This document shows, piece after piece, positions 37,992 to 46,899 of a stretch of 64,000 nucleotides of DNA. Below the pieces are notes generated by a model. That model worked only from the letters and a program-made list of their open reading frames with translations, was not told the DNA's origin and made no database searches. Every line of letters begins with the position of its first letter. The stretch's first letter is position 1. A program made the translations under genes and the position numbers. Origin of the DNA: Myxococcota bacterium (GTDB lineage: Bacteria > Myxococcota_A > UBA9160 > UBA6930); assembly GCA_965223705.1 (NCBI GenBank), contig OZ245015.1:2688001-2752000 (forward strand), in the 5' to 3' direction.

Positions 37992-39215
37992 GTGCCGGTC
38001 TACGCGTATAAAGGTGTATCGAGTTCAGGGCGGGCCCTAAAGGCCTTCGTCGACGCCGAAACGCTCCGCGCCGCGCGCGCAAAGCTGCGTCGCGAGGGCG
38101 TCTTTCTCACCGAGATCGTCGAAACCGACGCAACACAGCAGCAAAAGGCGCGAGGTCGATCTGTCAGCTTTGGGGGACTGACTCGGGTCTCGGTCATGGA
38201 CACGGCGCTTGCGACCCGCCAGCTCGCGACGCTGGTCTCCGCGGGCATTCCTCTGGTCGAAGCCCTGCGCGCCCTCACGGAGCAGGTGGAGAGCGCGAAG
38301 CTCAAAGGGATCATCGGCCGCGTCCGCGACCGCGTAAACGAGGGTACGTCGCTCGCCGATGCCCTCGCACCCGAACAGCCGTTCAACGATCTGTACGTCA
38401 GCATGGTCCGGGCCGGAGAAGCCGGCGGCGCGCTCGATCAGGTGCTCCTGCGCTTGGCGGAATACCTCGAAGGGCAGGTGCGCCTCCAGAACCGGGTGAT
38501 GTCGATCATCATCTACCCGCTCGTCATGCTCGGCTTCGCGGTCTGCGTCGTCGCCGCGCTGGTCACGTTCGTACTCCCTCAGATCACGACGCTCCTCGAG
38601 AGCCTCGATCAAGAGCTCCCCGTCTACACCCGCGCCATCATGGGCCTCTCGGACTTCGCGCGGACGTACTGGTGGGCCGTCCTCGTCGCCTTGATCGGAC
38701 TGTTCGTTCTGCTTCGCGGCATCATCCGGACCGAGCGGGGTCGCGAAGGCTTCGATGCTCTGAAGCTCAAGCTGCCCGTCCTCGGCAAGGTGACGCGCAT
38801 CCTCGCGATCGCCCGTTTCTCGCGCACTCTGTCGACGCTTCTCGCCGGTGGCATACCCATCGTCAAATCCCTCGACATCGCGAAATTCGTCGCGAACAAC
38901 GCCGTCATCGGGGCGGCGATCGACCACGCCAAGACGAGCATCACCGAAGGCTCCTCACTCGCGTCTCCTCTCCGCAGAAGCGGTGAGTTTCCGCCGTTGG
39001 TGGTGCACATGATCGACGTCGGAGAACGCAGCGGCGAACTCGAATCCATGCTCGCGCGTGTCGCTGAAACCTACGACGAGCAAGTGGAAAACTCCGTCAC
39101 GCGGATGACGTCCCTGCTCGAACCCCTTCTCATTCTCCTCATGGTGGGTGTCGTGCTGGCGATCATCTTCGCCGTGCTCTCTCCCATGCTCCAACTCACA
39201 GGATCGATTCAATGA
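37992..39215 (+). CDS. gspF: Type II secretion inner-membrane platform protein GspF
   Basis: RQLATLVSAGIPL, AGEAGGAL, YPLVM, GERSGEL, LEPLLI. Confidence 0.95.
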   Translation: MPVYAYKGVSSSGRALKAFVDAETLRAARAKLRREGVFLTEIVETDATQQQKARGRSVSFGGLTRVSVMDTALATRQLATLVSAGIPLVEALRALTEQVESAKLKGIIGRVRDRVNEGTSLADALAPEQPFNDLYVSMVRAGEAGGALDQVLLRLAEYLEGQVRLQNRVMSIIIYPLVMLGFAVCVVAALVTFVLPQITTLLESLDQELPVYTRAIMGLSDFARTYWWAVLVALIGLFVLLRGIIRTERGREGFDALKLKLPVLGKVTRILAIARFSRTLSTLLAGGIPIVKSLDIAKFVANNAVIGAAIDHAKTSITEGSSLASPLRRSGEFPPLVVHMIDVGERSGELESMLARVAETYDEQVENSVTRMTSLLEPLLILLMVGVVLAIIFAVLSPMLQLTGSIQ

Positions 39216-39760
39216 AGGTCAATTCGAAACGACGACAAACCGTCCACGGCACCGCCGCGAAACGACGACAAACCGTCCACGGCACCGCCGCGAAACGACG
39301 ACAAACCGTCCACGACCGCGCCGCGGGCTTCACGCTGATCGAGATCATGGCCGTGGTGCTCATCATGGGGCTCCTCGCCGCGTTGGTCGGAACCCAGGTC
39401 GCAGGCCAAATCGGAAAAGCGCGCGGCCAGACCGCGAAGGCGCAGATCAAGAAGATCGAGTCCGCGGTGGAGTTCTTCCAGATGGACAACGGCTTCTTCC
39501 CGACGTCGGAACAAGGTCTCGATGCGCTGGTCGCCAAGCCGACGGTCGGCCGCGAACCGCGTAACTACCCGGCGGGCGGTTACCTCCAAGGCGGCGCGGT
39601 TCCGCGAGACCCGTGGGACAACCCGTATCAATACGAATACCCGGGCACGATGAACAGTGGCTCCTACGACATCTGGAGCCTCGGGGCCGACGGCCAGCCG
39701 GGCGGCGAAGGCAACGACGCCGACATCGGCAATTGGTCGAGCGACGCCGAGAATGCTTGA
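39212..39760 (+). CDS. gspG: Major pseudopilin GspG
   Basis: GFTLIEIM prepilin motif, PTSEQGLDALV, DPWDNPYQY, SLGADGQPGGEG.DADI. Confidence 0.95.
   Translation: MKVNSKRRQTVHGTAAKRRQTVHGTAAKRRQTVHDRAAGFTLIEIMAVVLIMGLLAALVGTQVAGQIGKARGQTAKAQIKKIESAVEFFQMDNGFFPTSEQGLDALVAKPTVGREPRNYPAGGYLQGGAVPRDPWDNPYQYEYPGTMNSGSYDIWSLGADGQPGGEGNDADIGNWSSDAENA
39225..39314 (+). repeat. Perfect 33-bp tandem repeat (2 full copies + 24 bp) in the gspG leader
   Basis: CGAAACGACGACAAACCGTCCACGGCACCGCCG at 39225-39257 and 39258-39290, partial copy at 39291-39314. Confidence 0.95.
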
Positions 39761-39800
39761 TGCGGCGTAGCGCCCCCGCCTCCCCGACCGAGAACCCTTG

Positions 39801-40367
39801 ATGCACCGCGGGCGATCCGCGGTCGGCTTTACGCTCATCGAGCTTCTGGCCGTGGTCATGATCATCGGGCTGCTCGCGAGTATCGCACTTCCGAATTTTG
39901 CCGTGCGCGGGGGACGGCTTTTGGACAACCAGGCCCGGGAGCTTTCAGCGACTCTCGAGTTCGCGCGGCAGCGCGCCGTCATGACGGGAATTCCGCACCG
40001 TCTGCTGATCGATCTCGAAGCCCACGCCTACCGGCTCGAATGGTTCACAACCGCCGAACGGGCCGGAGAAGAGGAACCGGCCGCTGAATCCGCGGTGCTA
40101 CGGATGAGCCCGCCGATCGAGGAAGAGCCTCGCTATCGCCGGCTCGCCGGCTCTCTGGGAAGGGAGCGACTGCTTCCTGAGTCGGTCTACTTCCACGGGA
40201 TCGAAACCAGCGGCGGGTACACCCAATCCGGCGAGCTCGAGCTCGTCTTCGGACGGGATGGAACCGCAGATCCGATGCTCATTGCCTTGGTGACCGACGA
40301 CGGGCGGAGCCTGGGCCTCGAAGTCGCGCCCTTGGCCGAGCGGGTCAAGCGAGTCGATCTCGAATGA
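39801..40367 (+). CDS. gspH: Minor pseudopilin GspH
   Basis: GFTLIELL prepilin motif, AR..AV, position after gspG. Confidence 0.8.
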   Translation: MHRGRSAVGFTLIELLAVVMIIGLLASIALPNFAVRGGRLLDNQARELSATLEFARQRAVMTGIPHRLLIDLEAHAYRLEWFTTAERAGEEEPAAESAVLRMSPPIEEEPRYRRLAGSLGRERLLPESVYFHGIETSGGYTQSGELELVFGRDGTADPMLIALVTDDGRSLGLEVAPLAERVKRVDLE

Positions 40368-40939
40368 TCGCGCGAACGGACGAATCGGGCATGACACTGC
40401 TCGAAGTGATGGTGGCCGTCGCCGTGCTTGCCCTTCTCTATACGGCGCTGGCCGAGTTGTCGTTTCAAGGTCTCCGGATGGAGGGTGACGCCGGCCGGCG
40501 CTTTCAAGCATCGCTCTTGGCCGACGCGAAATTGACCGAACTCGAGAACACGTTCCGTTCGGGCAGCGCTCCGGATCTCGGACGGGACGTCGAGGAAGCC
40601 GATCTTTTCGTGATCGAGACGGAAGTCGATGCGTTCGACGCGAGTTTCCTCGGGCCCGCACTGATGGAACGTGCGCGACAAGATCCGCGCGATGCGCCGC
40701 CGGCGCGCGAATTGCTCATCATTCCGCGCGGCCGCGGGGCCCCATATCTCTACAACGTTCGCGTCGCGGTGCGTTGGGACGAAGCCGGCTCCGAGCGAGA
40801 AGTGATCCGCACGACCATCGGATTCGACGCCGCGCGCGCGCGCGAGCTACTGCCGGAGGCGCAGTCGGGTGGCGGGGATTCCGACAGCGTGGAGGACGCG
40901 ATCGACGACGTCCTCGACGCTGCGGGGACCTCACCGTGA
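40364..40939 (+). CDS. gspI: Minor pseudopilin GspI
   Basis: GMTLLEVMVA prepilin motif, V.V.W, position in cluster. Confidence 0.78.
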   Translation: MIARTDESGMTLLEVMVAVAVLALLYTALAELSFQGLRMEGDAGRRFQASLLADAKLTELENTFRSGSAPDLGRDVEEADLFVIETEVDAFDASFLGPALMERARQDPRDAPPARELLIIPRGRGAPYLYNVRVAVRWDEAGSEREVIRTTIGFDAARARELLPEAQSGGGDSDSVEDAIDDVLDAAGTSP

Positions 40940-41853
40940 GCGCGCACCTCGAGACCCGAAGGAGCCGGGGCTTCACGCTGATCGAAATGATGGCGGTGGT
41001 CTTTTTCACGCTGGTCGTCATCACTGCCGCGGTGAGTTTTTTCATCGATCTGACGCGCGCCCAGGAAGCCGCCGTCGAAAGGACGAGGCTGGCGCGGCGG
41101 GCCGACGCCCTGCTCACCCGTGTCGCGCGCGATATTTCGACGGCGACCCTGTTGGTTCGCGAGGAGGGAACGGACCCACTCGAACATCCCTGGGTGTTCG
41201 TCGCGGAGCGGCACCTGCCCGTGGCGGGAGCCGACCGCGTCCGCTTCGTCCGACGAGGGCGCGAGCGGCGCGGCGCAGAAGAACACGAGTCGGACCTCGA
41301 GACCGTGGCGTACACGCTCGAGGGGAACGGTTTCGACGAGGGCTACGAACTCTACCGCTGGAGCTCGTCTCAGCTCCCGGAATCCCTCGATAAATCCTTC
41401 CCCGATCCCTCCGACGAAGGCGTCCTCCTCGTCGCGTCGGGCATCGCAGATTTCGGTCTCCGCTTTCTCTCCGCCGAAGGTGGCTGGCAAGAAGCGTGGG
41501 ACTCATCGAACCTCGGCGATTCGGACACGCTCCCCGTCGCCGCCGAGATCGCGGTGGCTTTCAACACCGACAACGAAGCCGCAGAACCGGTCCCGCTCGT
41601 CAGGCAGGTCTTCCTGCCGGTGCGACCCATCGATCTCGCCGAAGAACTCGAGGCCGCCGCCGAAGCAGAGGGCGAGGAGGACGAAGAAGAGGACGGCTGC
41701 GTGACCGTTCGCGAGTGTCTCGAGCGAGATCCGGTCGCCTTTGAGGCGGTCATGAACGACCCCCTCGCTTCGAGTCGTGTCGAAGCGCTCGGCGACCGCT
41801 GTGTCGAAGAGTTTTCGTCGATCCTCGGCGTGGATATCAGCCGGTGTCGCTAG
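40936..41853 (+). CDS. gspJ: Minor pseudopilin GspJ with C-terminal extension
   Basis: GTGA overlap start, GFTLIEMM, W..AWDS, LPVAAEI. Confidence 0.8.
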   Translation: MSAHLETRRSRGFTLIEMMAVVFFTLVVITAAVSFFIDLTRAQEAAVERTRLARRADALLTRVARDISTATLLVREEGTDPLEHPWVFVAERHLPVAGADRVRFVRRGRERRGAEEHESDLETVAYTLEGNGFDEGYELYRWSSSQLPESLDKSFPDPSDEGVLLVASGIADFGLRFLSAEGGWQEAWDSSNLGDSDTLPVAAEIAVAFNTDNEAAEPVPLVRQVFLPVRPIDLAEELEAAAEAEGEEDEEEDGCVTVRECLERDPVAFEAVMNDPLASSRVEALGDRCVEEFSSILGVDISRCR

Positions 41854-42860
41854 CACGCAAACATCAGCGGGGATTCGTCCTGGTCGCCGTCATCTTCTTC
41901 GCGGTGTTGCTGTTCAGTTCGGTCGCCGCGTTCATGCGACGGTCGACGGTCGATGCGGCGATCGTCCGGAATCGAGACGCGGCCGCCCGCGCCGAAGCAC
42001 TGGCTCGCGGCGGCGTTCAGCTCGCGAGCGCGCTGATCTTGCAGGATCGGATCGACGAGGCGGAGCGACTGTCTGCAGAGACGCATTTTGACGCTTGGGC
42101 GGCGGTCAACGAGAACCCGCTCTTCACGGACGACGGCGGTGAGCTGCGGCTCGAAATTCAGGACTCCGGCGCGCGGCTCAACATCAACGCCCTGGTCGAT
42201 GCCGAAGGCTCTGCGGCTTCGAACGCCGAAGCGTTCCTCGTGCACTTTTTCGAGAAAGTGATCGATGAGATGCCGGGAAGGCCGGAAGAAAAGCTCTACG
42301 ACCCCGACGAACTGGCGCGCAACCTGCTCGACTGGATGGATCGCGACGACGCCCGATCCCGCGGCGGCCTGGAGGACGCGTACTACCAGGAGCAGGATCC
42401 CCGCTATCGCGCGGCGAATCGTCCCCTCTTGTCCATTCAAGAGATCGGTCTCGTCGAAGGCTTCGATCGAAAGCTCGCCGATGCTCTCGAACCCTATCTC
42501 ACGGTCTACCCTTTGGCGGGAAGCTCCGGTATCAACCCCAATACAGCGCCCCCCTGGGTTCTTGCCGCGCTCTATTTTGGTAGCGGCAGCGACTTCCGAC
42601 TCGCTTCTCGCAAGAAAGTGCGGGGAATCCTCCGCGGTCGAGAGGGAGGCGAAATGTTCTGTGCCAGTGCTGAGGACGCGGCCTGCACGTGGTTCGACGA
42701 CGTCATCGGCGGACAGGTCTACCCCGAACCGAGCTTTTCAAGTGATCTGTTCCTGGTCCGCTCCGAAGCGATCTACGGCGATGTACGCCGAAGAATCGAC
42801 GTAGTTCTGGATCGAGGCGGCGACGAACCCCCGCGCGTTCGCTCCTGGCAGGTCCAGTAG
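41844..42860 (+). CDS. gspK: Minor pseudopilin GspK
   Basis: RGFVLV (no E+5, as typical of GspK), D.GARLNINAL, DWMD.D, YLTVYP..GINPNTAP. Confidence 0.88.
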   Translation: MSLARKHQRGFVLVAVIFFAVLLFSSVAAFMRRSTVDAAIVRNRDAAARAEALARGGVQLASALILQDRIDEAERLSAETHFDAWAAVNENPLFTDDGGELRLEIQDSGARLNINALVDAEGSAASNAEAFLVHFFEKVIDEMPGRPEEKLYDPDELARNLLDWMDRDDARSRGGLEDAYYQEQDPRYRAANRPLLSIQEIGLVEGFDRKLADALEPYLTVYPLAGSSGINPNTAPPWVLAALYFGSGSDFRLASRKKVRGILRGREGGEMFCASAEDAACTWFDDVIGGQVYPEPSFSSDLFLVRSEAIYGDVRRRIDVVLDRGGDEPPRVRSWQVQ

Positions 42861-42883
42861 GACGAGAGAAAGGACGGCCCACG

Positions 42884-44440
42884 ATGGCCAAGCGCATTCT
42901 GGGACTCGACATCGGCAGCCACTCCGTGAAGGCCGTGGAGTTCCGCCAAACGCTCCGCGATGTGGAAGTCGTGCAGCTCCGACAGCTGCCGATCTTCGAT
43001 CCGGCGCCTTCCCTGGGCGGAGAGCTTCGCGAGTTCCTCCAAGCCCACGACCTGCCGACGGACAACGTCGTCGTGAGCCTCTCAGGCGATCGCATTTCGA
43101 CACGGCGGCTCTCCTTCCCGTTCCGAGACCGCAAGAAGATCGGCCCCGCAGTTCCCTTCGAGGTCGAGTCACAGGTCCCGTTCGATCTGGGCGACTTCTT
43201 CGTCGACTGGGAGATGGTCGGCGAGAGCAAAGCCGGTTCGGACGTCGTGGCCACCCTGGCGCCGCGCAGCGAAGTCTCGCTGTTGATCGAGACGCTTCAC
43301 GACGCGGGACTCTCCCCGAAAGTCGTCGAGGCCGAGGGACTCGTTCTCTCCAACTTGACGCAGCTGTTCGACTTGGGTGGCACGCGCATTCTCGTCGATA
43401 TCGGTCATCGCAAGACGACGCTTTGCCTGTGTTGGGACGGTCGAGCCGTCGCGGCGCGCACCGTACCCATCGCCGGGCGCGCGATCACCCAGGCGATCGC
43501 CGCGGAACGCGGGTTGGGAGAGGTCGAAGCCGAGCGCATCAAGATGGAGCAAGGCATCTTGGCGGGCGCCTCGGCCTCGCGCGCCGCGCTCGAAGTGGTC
43601 GACCGGCTCGCCCGAGAGCTGGTTCGGACGTTGGGCTCCCTCGAGACCGTGCTCGGCGAAGACGGCAATCAACCGCTGCAAGAAATCACCTTGGTCGGCG
43701 GCTCGGCCCACCTCCATCGGCTCGACGAATACTTGGCGACGCGGACGAACCTTCCGGTCAGGAAGTTGGCCCTCCCGCCTGCGGAAACGAACGCGGCCCT
43801 GGTCGCGGCGGGAGATCCGCAGCTCTTCGCGCCGGCCTTGGCTCTCGCCGTGCGCGGGTCGAGCCAAGCCAAGACCCGAATGAACTTCCGCCAGGACGAC
43901 TTGGCCGTTCGCGTCGATCTGCGCGCAGTGGGCCGGGAGTTTCGTTTGACGGCGGCCCTCGGGATCGTCGCCGCACTTCTCGCGTTGCTCGGAATTGGAG
44001 CCGATGCCTACCTGAGCAACCGCCGCGCCGCCGAGGTGGAGCAACGCGCCCTGGCTCTCTACCGCGAGGTCCAGCCCAACGGATCGCCCCCGAGAAACCT
44101 CCTTCGCGCCATGCAGGAAGCCGTGCAGAAACAACAGGACCGCGCGGATACGCTGGGCGTCTACCGAGGAAACCTGTCGGCACTCGACGTTCTGAACGAA
44201 GTCTCCGCCCGCTTGCCCAAGAACTTGAACTTCGTATTCGAAGAATTCAGCGTCGATCGCCAGGTCGTTCAGATCAAGGGGCACTCCCCCTCCGCCGGCG
44301 ACGTCGACCGGCTTCGGGGTGAGCTCGCGAAATTCCCGCCGTTCGCGGAAATCACACTAGGCGAGATCAATAGTGATCCGCGTCGCGGAGGCCAGAACTT
44401 CCGCGTCCGAATCAGTATGGCAGCCGAGGGGTCGTCATGA
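42884..44440 (+). CDS. gspL: GspL (PilM-like actin domain + TM + PilN-like periplasmic domain)
   Basis: LGLDIGSHSVKAV, VDIGHRKT, LVGG actin-like motifs, MNFRQ, TM helix, position K-L-M-N. Confidence 0.85.
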   Translation: MAKRILGLDIGSHSVKAVEFRQTLRDVEVVQLRQLPIFDPAPSLGGELREFLQAHDLPTDNVVVSLSGDRISTRRLSFPFRDRKKIGPAVPFEVESQVPFDLGDFFVDWEMVGESKAGSDVVATLAPRSEVSLLIETLHDAGLSPKVVEAEGLVLSNLTQLFDLGGTRILVDIGHRKTTLCLCWDGRAVAARTVPIAGRAITQAIAAERGLGEVEAERIKMEQGILAGASASRAALEVVDRLARELVRTLGSLETVLGEDGNQPLQEITLVGGSAHLHRLDEYLATRTNLPVRKLALPPAETNAALVAAGDPQLFAPALALAVRGSSQAKTRMNFRQDDLAVRVDLRAVGREFRLTAALGIVAALLALLGIGADAYLSNRRAAEVEQRALALYREVQPNGSPPRNLLRAMQEAVQKQQDRADTLGVYRGNLSALDVLNEVSARLPKNLNFVFEEFSVDRQVVQIKGHSPSAGDVDRLRGELAKFPPFAEITLGEINSDPRRGGQNFRVRISMAAEGSS

Positions 44441-44465
44441 GGCGCCAGGCTATGGAGGGCCCATC

Positions 44466-45014
44466 GTGAAGCAACTGTGGGCAAGGCTCCGCGACAGCGT
44501 GCAAAGCCTCAATCGCCGGGAGCGCCTGCTCGTTTTTGGCGCCGGCGCTGTTCTCGGCGCGTTCCTTCTTGTCGTGCTGGTCGTGAATCCGCTGGTCGAG
44601 TCGGCCCGCCGTGCGGAAGCGCGAGCCGAGACGGCCGCAGCGCAACACGAGGGCATCCAGAGGCTCCGACGACAATACGATCAGCTGCAGGGCCGACTCG
44701 CCCTCGTGGAAGCGCGGATCGCCCAGGGCGGCCAAGGCGAGCTTTTTACGACGCTCGAGCGGTTGGCAAGGCAGAGTTCGGTCACCGTCGACTCGATGGA
44801 ACCGCGCACGTCCTCCCCGAACGAGGACTTCCGCGAGACGAAGGTTCAGGTCGGCGTCAAGAAAGTCACGCTGGGACAGCTCGTCAACTATCTGCACCGC
44901 ATCGAGGCGGAGCCACAACTCCTCTCGATCAAGAGCCTGCGGATCCGAGTCCGATCGGACACCCCTGAGTTCCTCGAAGCCAACTTCACTGTCTCGTCTT
45001 TCGAGAAGATCTAG
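44466..45014 (+). CDS. gspM: Type II secretion protein GspM
   Basis: L..RER.L + TM helix, coiled coil, L..YL..IE. GGAGGG SD before GTG. Confidence 0.82.
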   Translation: MKQLWARLRDSVQSLNRRERLLVFGAGAVLGAFLLVVLVVNPLVESARRAEARAETAAAQHEGIQRLRRQYDQLQGRLALVEARIAQGGQGELFTTLERLARQSSVTVDSMEPRTSSPNEDFRETKVQVGVKKVTLGQLVNYLHRIEAEPQLLSIKSLRIRVRSDTPEFLEANFTVSSFEKI

Positions 45015-45022
45015 GAGCCGTG

Positions 45023-45880
45023 ATGCGTTCCTTGCGTTTCGTGTGGCGTTTCTGCTTGGGCCTGGGACTGTTCGTCGCGTTCTGCGCGTTCTTGTTCCCC
45101 TACGATCGCGTTCGCCCGTCGCTGACACGAGAGCTCACAAACGCCGTGGGTATGCCGGTCGAAATCGAGAGGGTGAGCGGCGGCTTCCGCGGCCTGTCCC
45201 CCGCCCTGCGGGTCGACAACGTGACGATCGGCGAGCTGCCCCAGCCGATCCTGCGCGCGACGACCGTCTGGATCGTCCCCTCTCCGCAACCTTCCTGGCT
45301 CCGCGGCACACCGAGGTTTGCGCTCTACGGCGACGCGGACCCCGGCCGACTCGAGGGCGTCCTCACCCTCGAAAGCGAGCCGACGTTCCGCGGTCGTATC
45401 GAGGACCTCCCGCTCGCAGAAGGTGTGCTCGCTCGTGCTGCGCCCGACGCGCCGGCTCTCCTTCGGGACGCCACCGGTGTCCTCACGGCGGACTTCGATC
45501 TGCAGCGGGGTGGCGACGCTGCGGACGCGCGCTGGACGGGTACCACGCGCTTCGAGATGCGCGACGGGCGCCTTCCGGTACCGGACTATCCGGTCTGGGT
45601 CCCGTTCTCGGAGCTCTCGGGATCGCTTTCCCGCGGCATCCGCGGCGGCGCGACGCTTGAAGATCTCGCATTCCGCGGGCCGGGGCTCGAAGCCTCTGGC
45701 CGCGGCGAACTCGCTCCGGGAATCGCCCCGCTCCGCGCTCCGATGAGCGGCGAGCTCGATCTTCGCGTCCAGGAGGCCGGACTCGCCTCGGTCATGCAGT
45801 CGCTCGGCGTGGAAGTCGACGACAGCGGCCGCGCGCTCGTCCGATTCTCCGGGAGCCTCGCCCAGCCCGTCTGGCGGTAG
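45023..45880 (+). CDS. gspN: Type II secretion protein GspN
   Basis: N-terminal TM + FPY, beta-rich body, C-terminal GSLAQP. Last gene of the cluster. Confidence 0.75.
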   Translation: MRSLRFVWRFCLGLGLFVAFCAFLFPYDRVRPSLTRELTNAVGMPVEIERVSGGFRGLSPALRVDNVTIGELPQPILRATTVWIVPSPQPSWLRGTPRFALYGDADPGRLEGVLTLESEPTFRGRIEDLPLAEGVLARAAPDAPALLRDATGVLTADFDLQRGGDAADARWTGTTRFEMRDGRLPVPDYPVWVPFSELSGSLSRGIRGGATLEDLAFRGPGLEASGRGELAPGIAPLRAPMSGELDLRVQEAGLASVMQSLGVEVDDSGRALVRFSGSLAQPVWR

Positions 45881-45917
45881 GCGCCGCAAGGAACGCGGAA
45901 GAGGTCGGATCTGGAAA

Positions 45918-45941
45918 GGATATTCGGATATCCTAATATCC
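45918..45941. promoter_or_regulatory. Palindromic operator, SahR-type, overlapping the promoter of the ArsR/methyltransferase gene
   Basis: GGATATTCGGATATCCTAATATCC is a 24-bp palindrome with one mismatched pair, 7 nt upstream of ATG. It overlaps candidate -10 TAATAT (45934-45939). Confidence 0.75.
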
Positions 45942-45948
45942 GGATTCA

Positions 45949-46899
45949 ATGTCCGACCTCGCCCTTCAGCGCGTTTTCAAGACGCTTGCCGACACCACCC
46001 GACTCCGTCTCCTCGCAGCCCTGTCCGAGGGCGAGTTGGCGGTCCAGGAACTCACCGACGCCCTCGACGTGCCCCAGCCTCGGGTCTCCCGCCACCTCGG
46101 CATCTTGCGCGACGCCGGCTGGGTCCGAGATCGGCGCGAGGGGAGCTTCGTCTTCTACCACTTCACCCTGCCCCAAGCCGCCGCACCCGTCTGGACGGCA
46201 GCTCGCCAAGCACTCGACGCCGACCCACTGACCGAGCGCGATCGCGCCGGGGTCGCCCGCGTAGTGGCCGCGCGCAGCCAGAGGAGCCGTTCGTTTTTCG
46301 ACAGCGTCGGTCCGGAATGGGACGCACTTCGCAAAGTGTTGAACGACGATCTCCTCCGCTCGCGTGCTCTGACGCGGCTCGTTCGAAGTGACATGCGCGT
46401 GGTGGACGTCGGTACCGGTACCGGTGTGTTGGCCGCGGAGCTCGCGAGCCTGGGTCTCGACGTCGTCGCGGTGGATCACTCGCGTCGCATGCTCGAAGCC
46501 GCGCGAGGAAAGCTTTCCCCCGAGTTGTTGTCCCGTATCGAACTACGGCACGGAGAAGCGAACGAGCTGCCTCTAGCGGACGCGGAAGTCGGCGCCGCGT
46601 TCGCTCACATGGTGCTCCAATACCTCCCGAGCCCCGAAGCCGCGCTTCGCGAAATGGCTCGCGTTACGGCGCCCGGCGGAAGCGTCGTCGTCGTCGACTT
46701 CGAGAGTCACGAGCGCGAATGGATGCGCGACGAACTCGGGGTCCTATGGCTCGGTTTCTCGACGGACCACCTGCGCACCTGGCTGTCCGATGCGGGATTG
46801 ACCGACCTGCAAATCGAAACGGCCCCACCGAGCGGAGCGGACCGAAACCTGCCCCAGACGATCATCGCATCGGCGCGCGTCCCCGGAGCCACACCGTGA
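45949..46899 (+). CDS. sahR: ArsR-family HTH + SAM-binding methyltransferase-domain regulator (SahR-like)
   Basis: [13 protein letters not shown]...VSRHL..LRDAGWV...REG ArsR HTH, then [11 protein letters not shown] motif. Coupled to metH. Confidence 0.8.
   Translation: MSDLALQRVFKTLADTTRLRLLAALSEGELAVQELTDALDVPQPRVSRHLGILRDAGWVRDRREGSFVFYHFTLPQAAAPVWTAARQALDADPLTERDRAGVARVVAARSQRSRSFFDSVGPEWDALRKVLNDDLLRSRALTRLVRSDMRVVDVGTGTGVLAAELASLGLDVVAVDHSRRMLEAARGKLSPELLSRIELRHGEANELPLADAEVGAAFAHMVLQYLPSPEAALREMARVTAPGGSVVVVDFESHEREWMRDELGVLWLGFSTDHLRTWLSDAGLTDLQIETAPPSGADRNLPQTIIASARVPGATP

Noticed and set aside
39225..39314. Repeats of CRISPR-like length
   Set aside because: The copies are directly adjacent with no spacers, lie in frame within gspG, and there are no cas genes.
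45881..45948. SAM or cobalamin riboswitch before sahR-metH
   Set aside because: The 68-bp gap is largely taken up by a DNA palindrome and promoter and shows no riboswitch cores.
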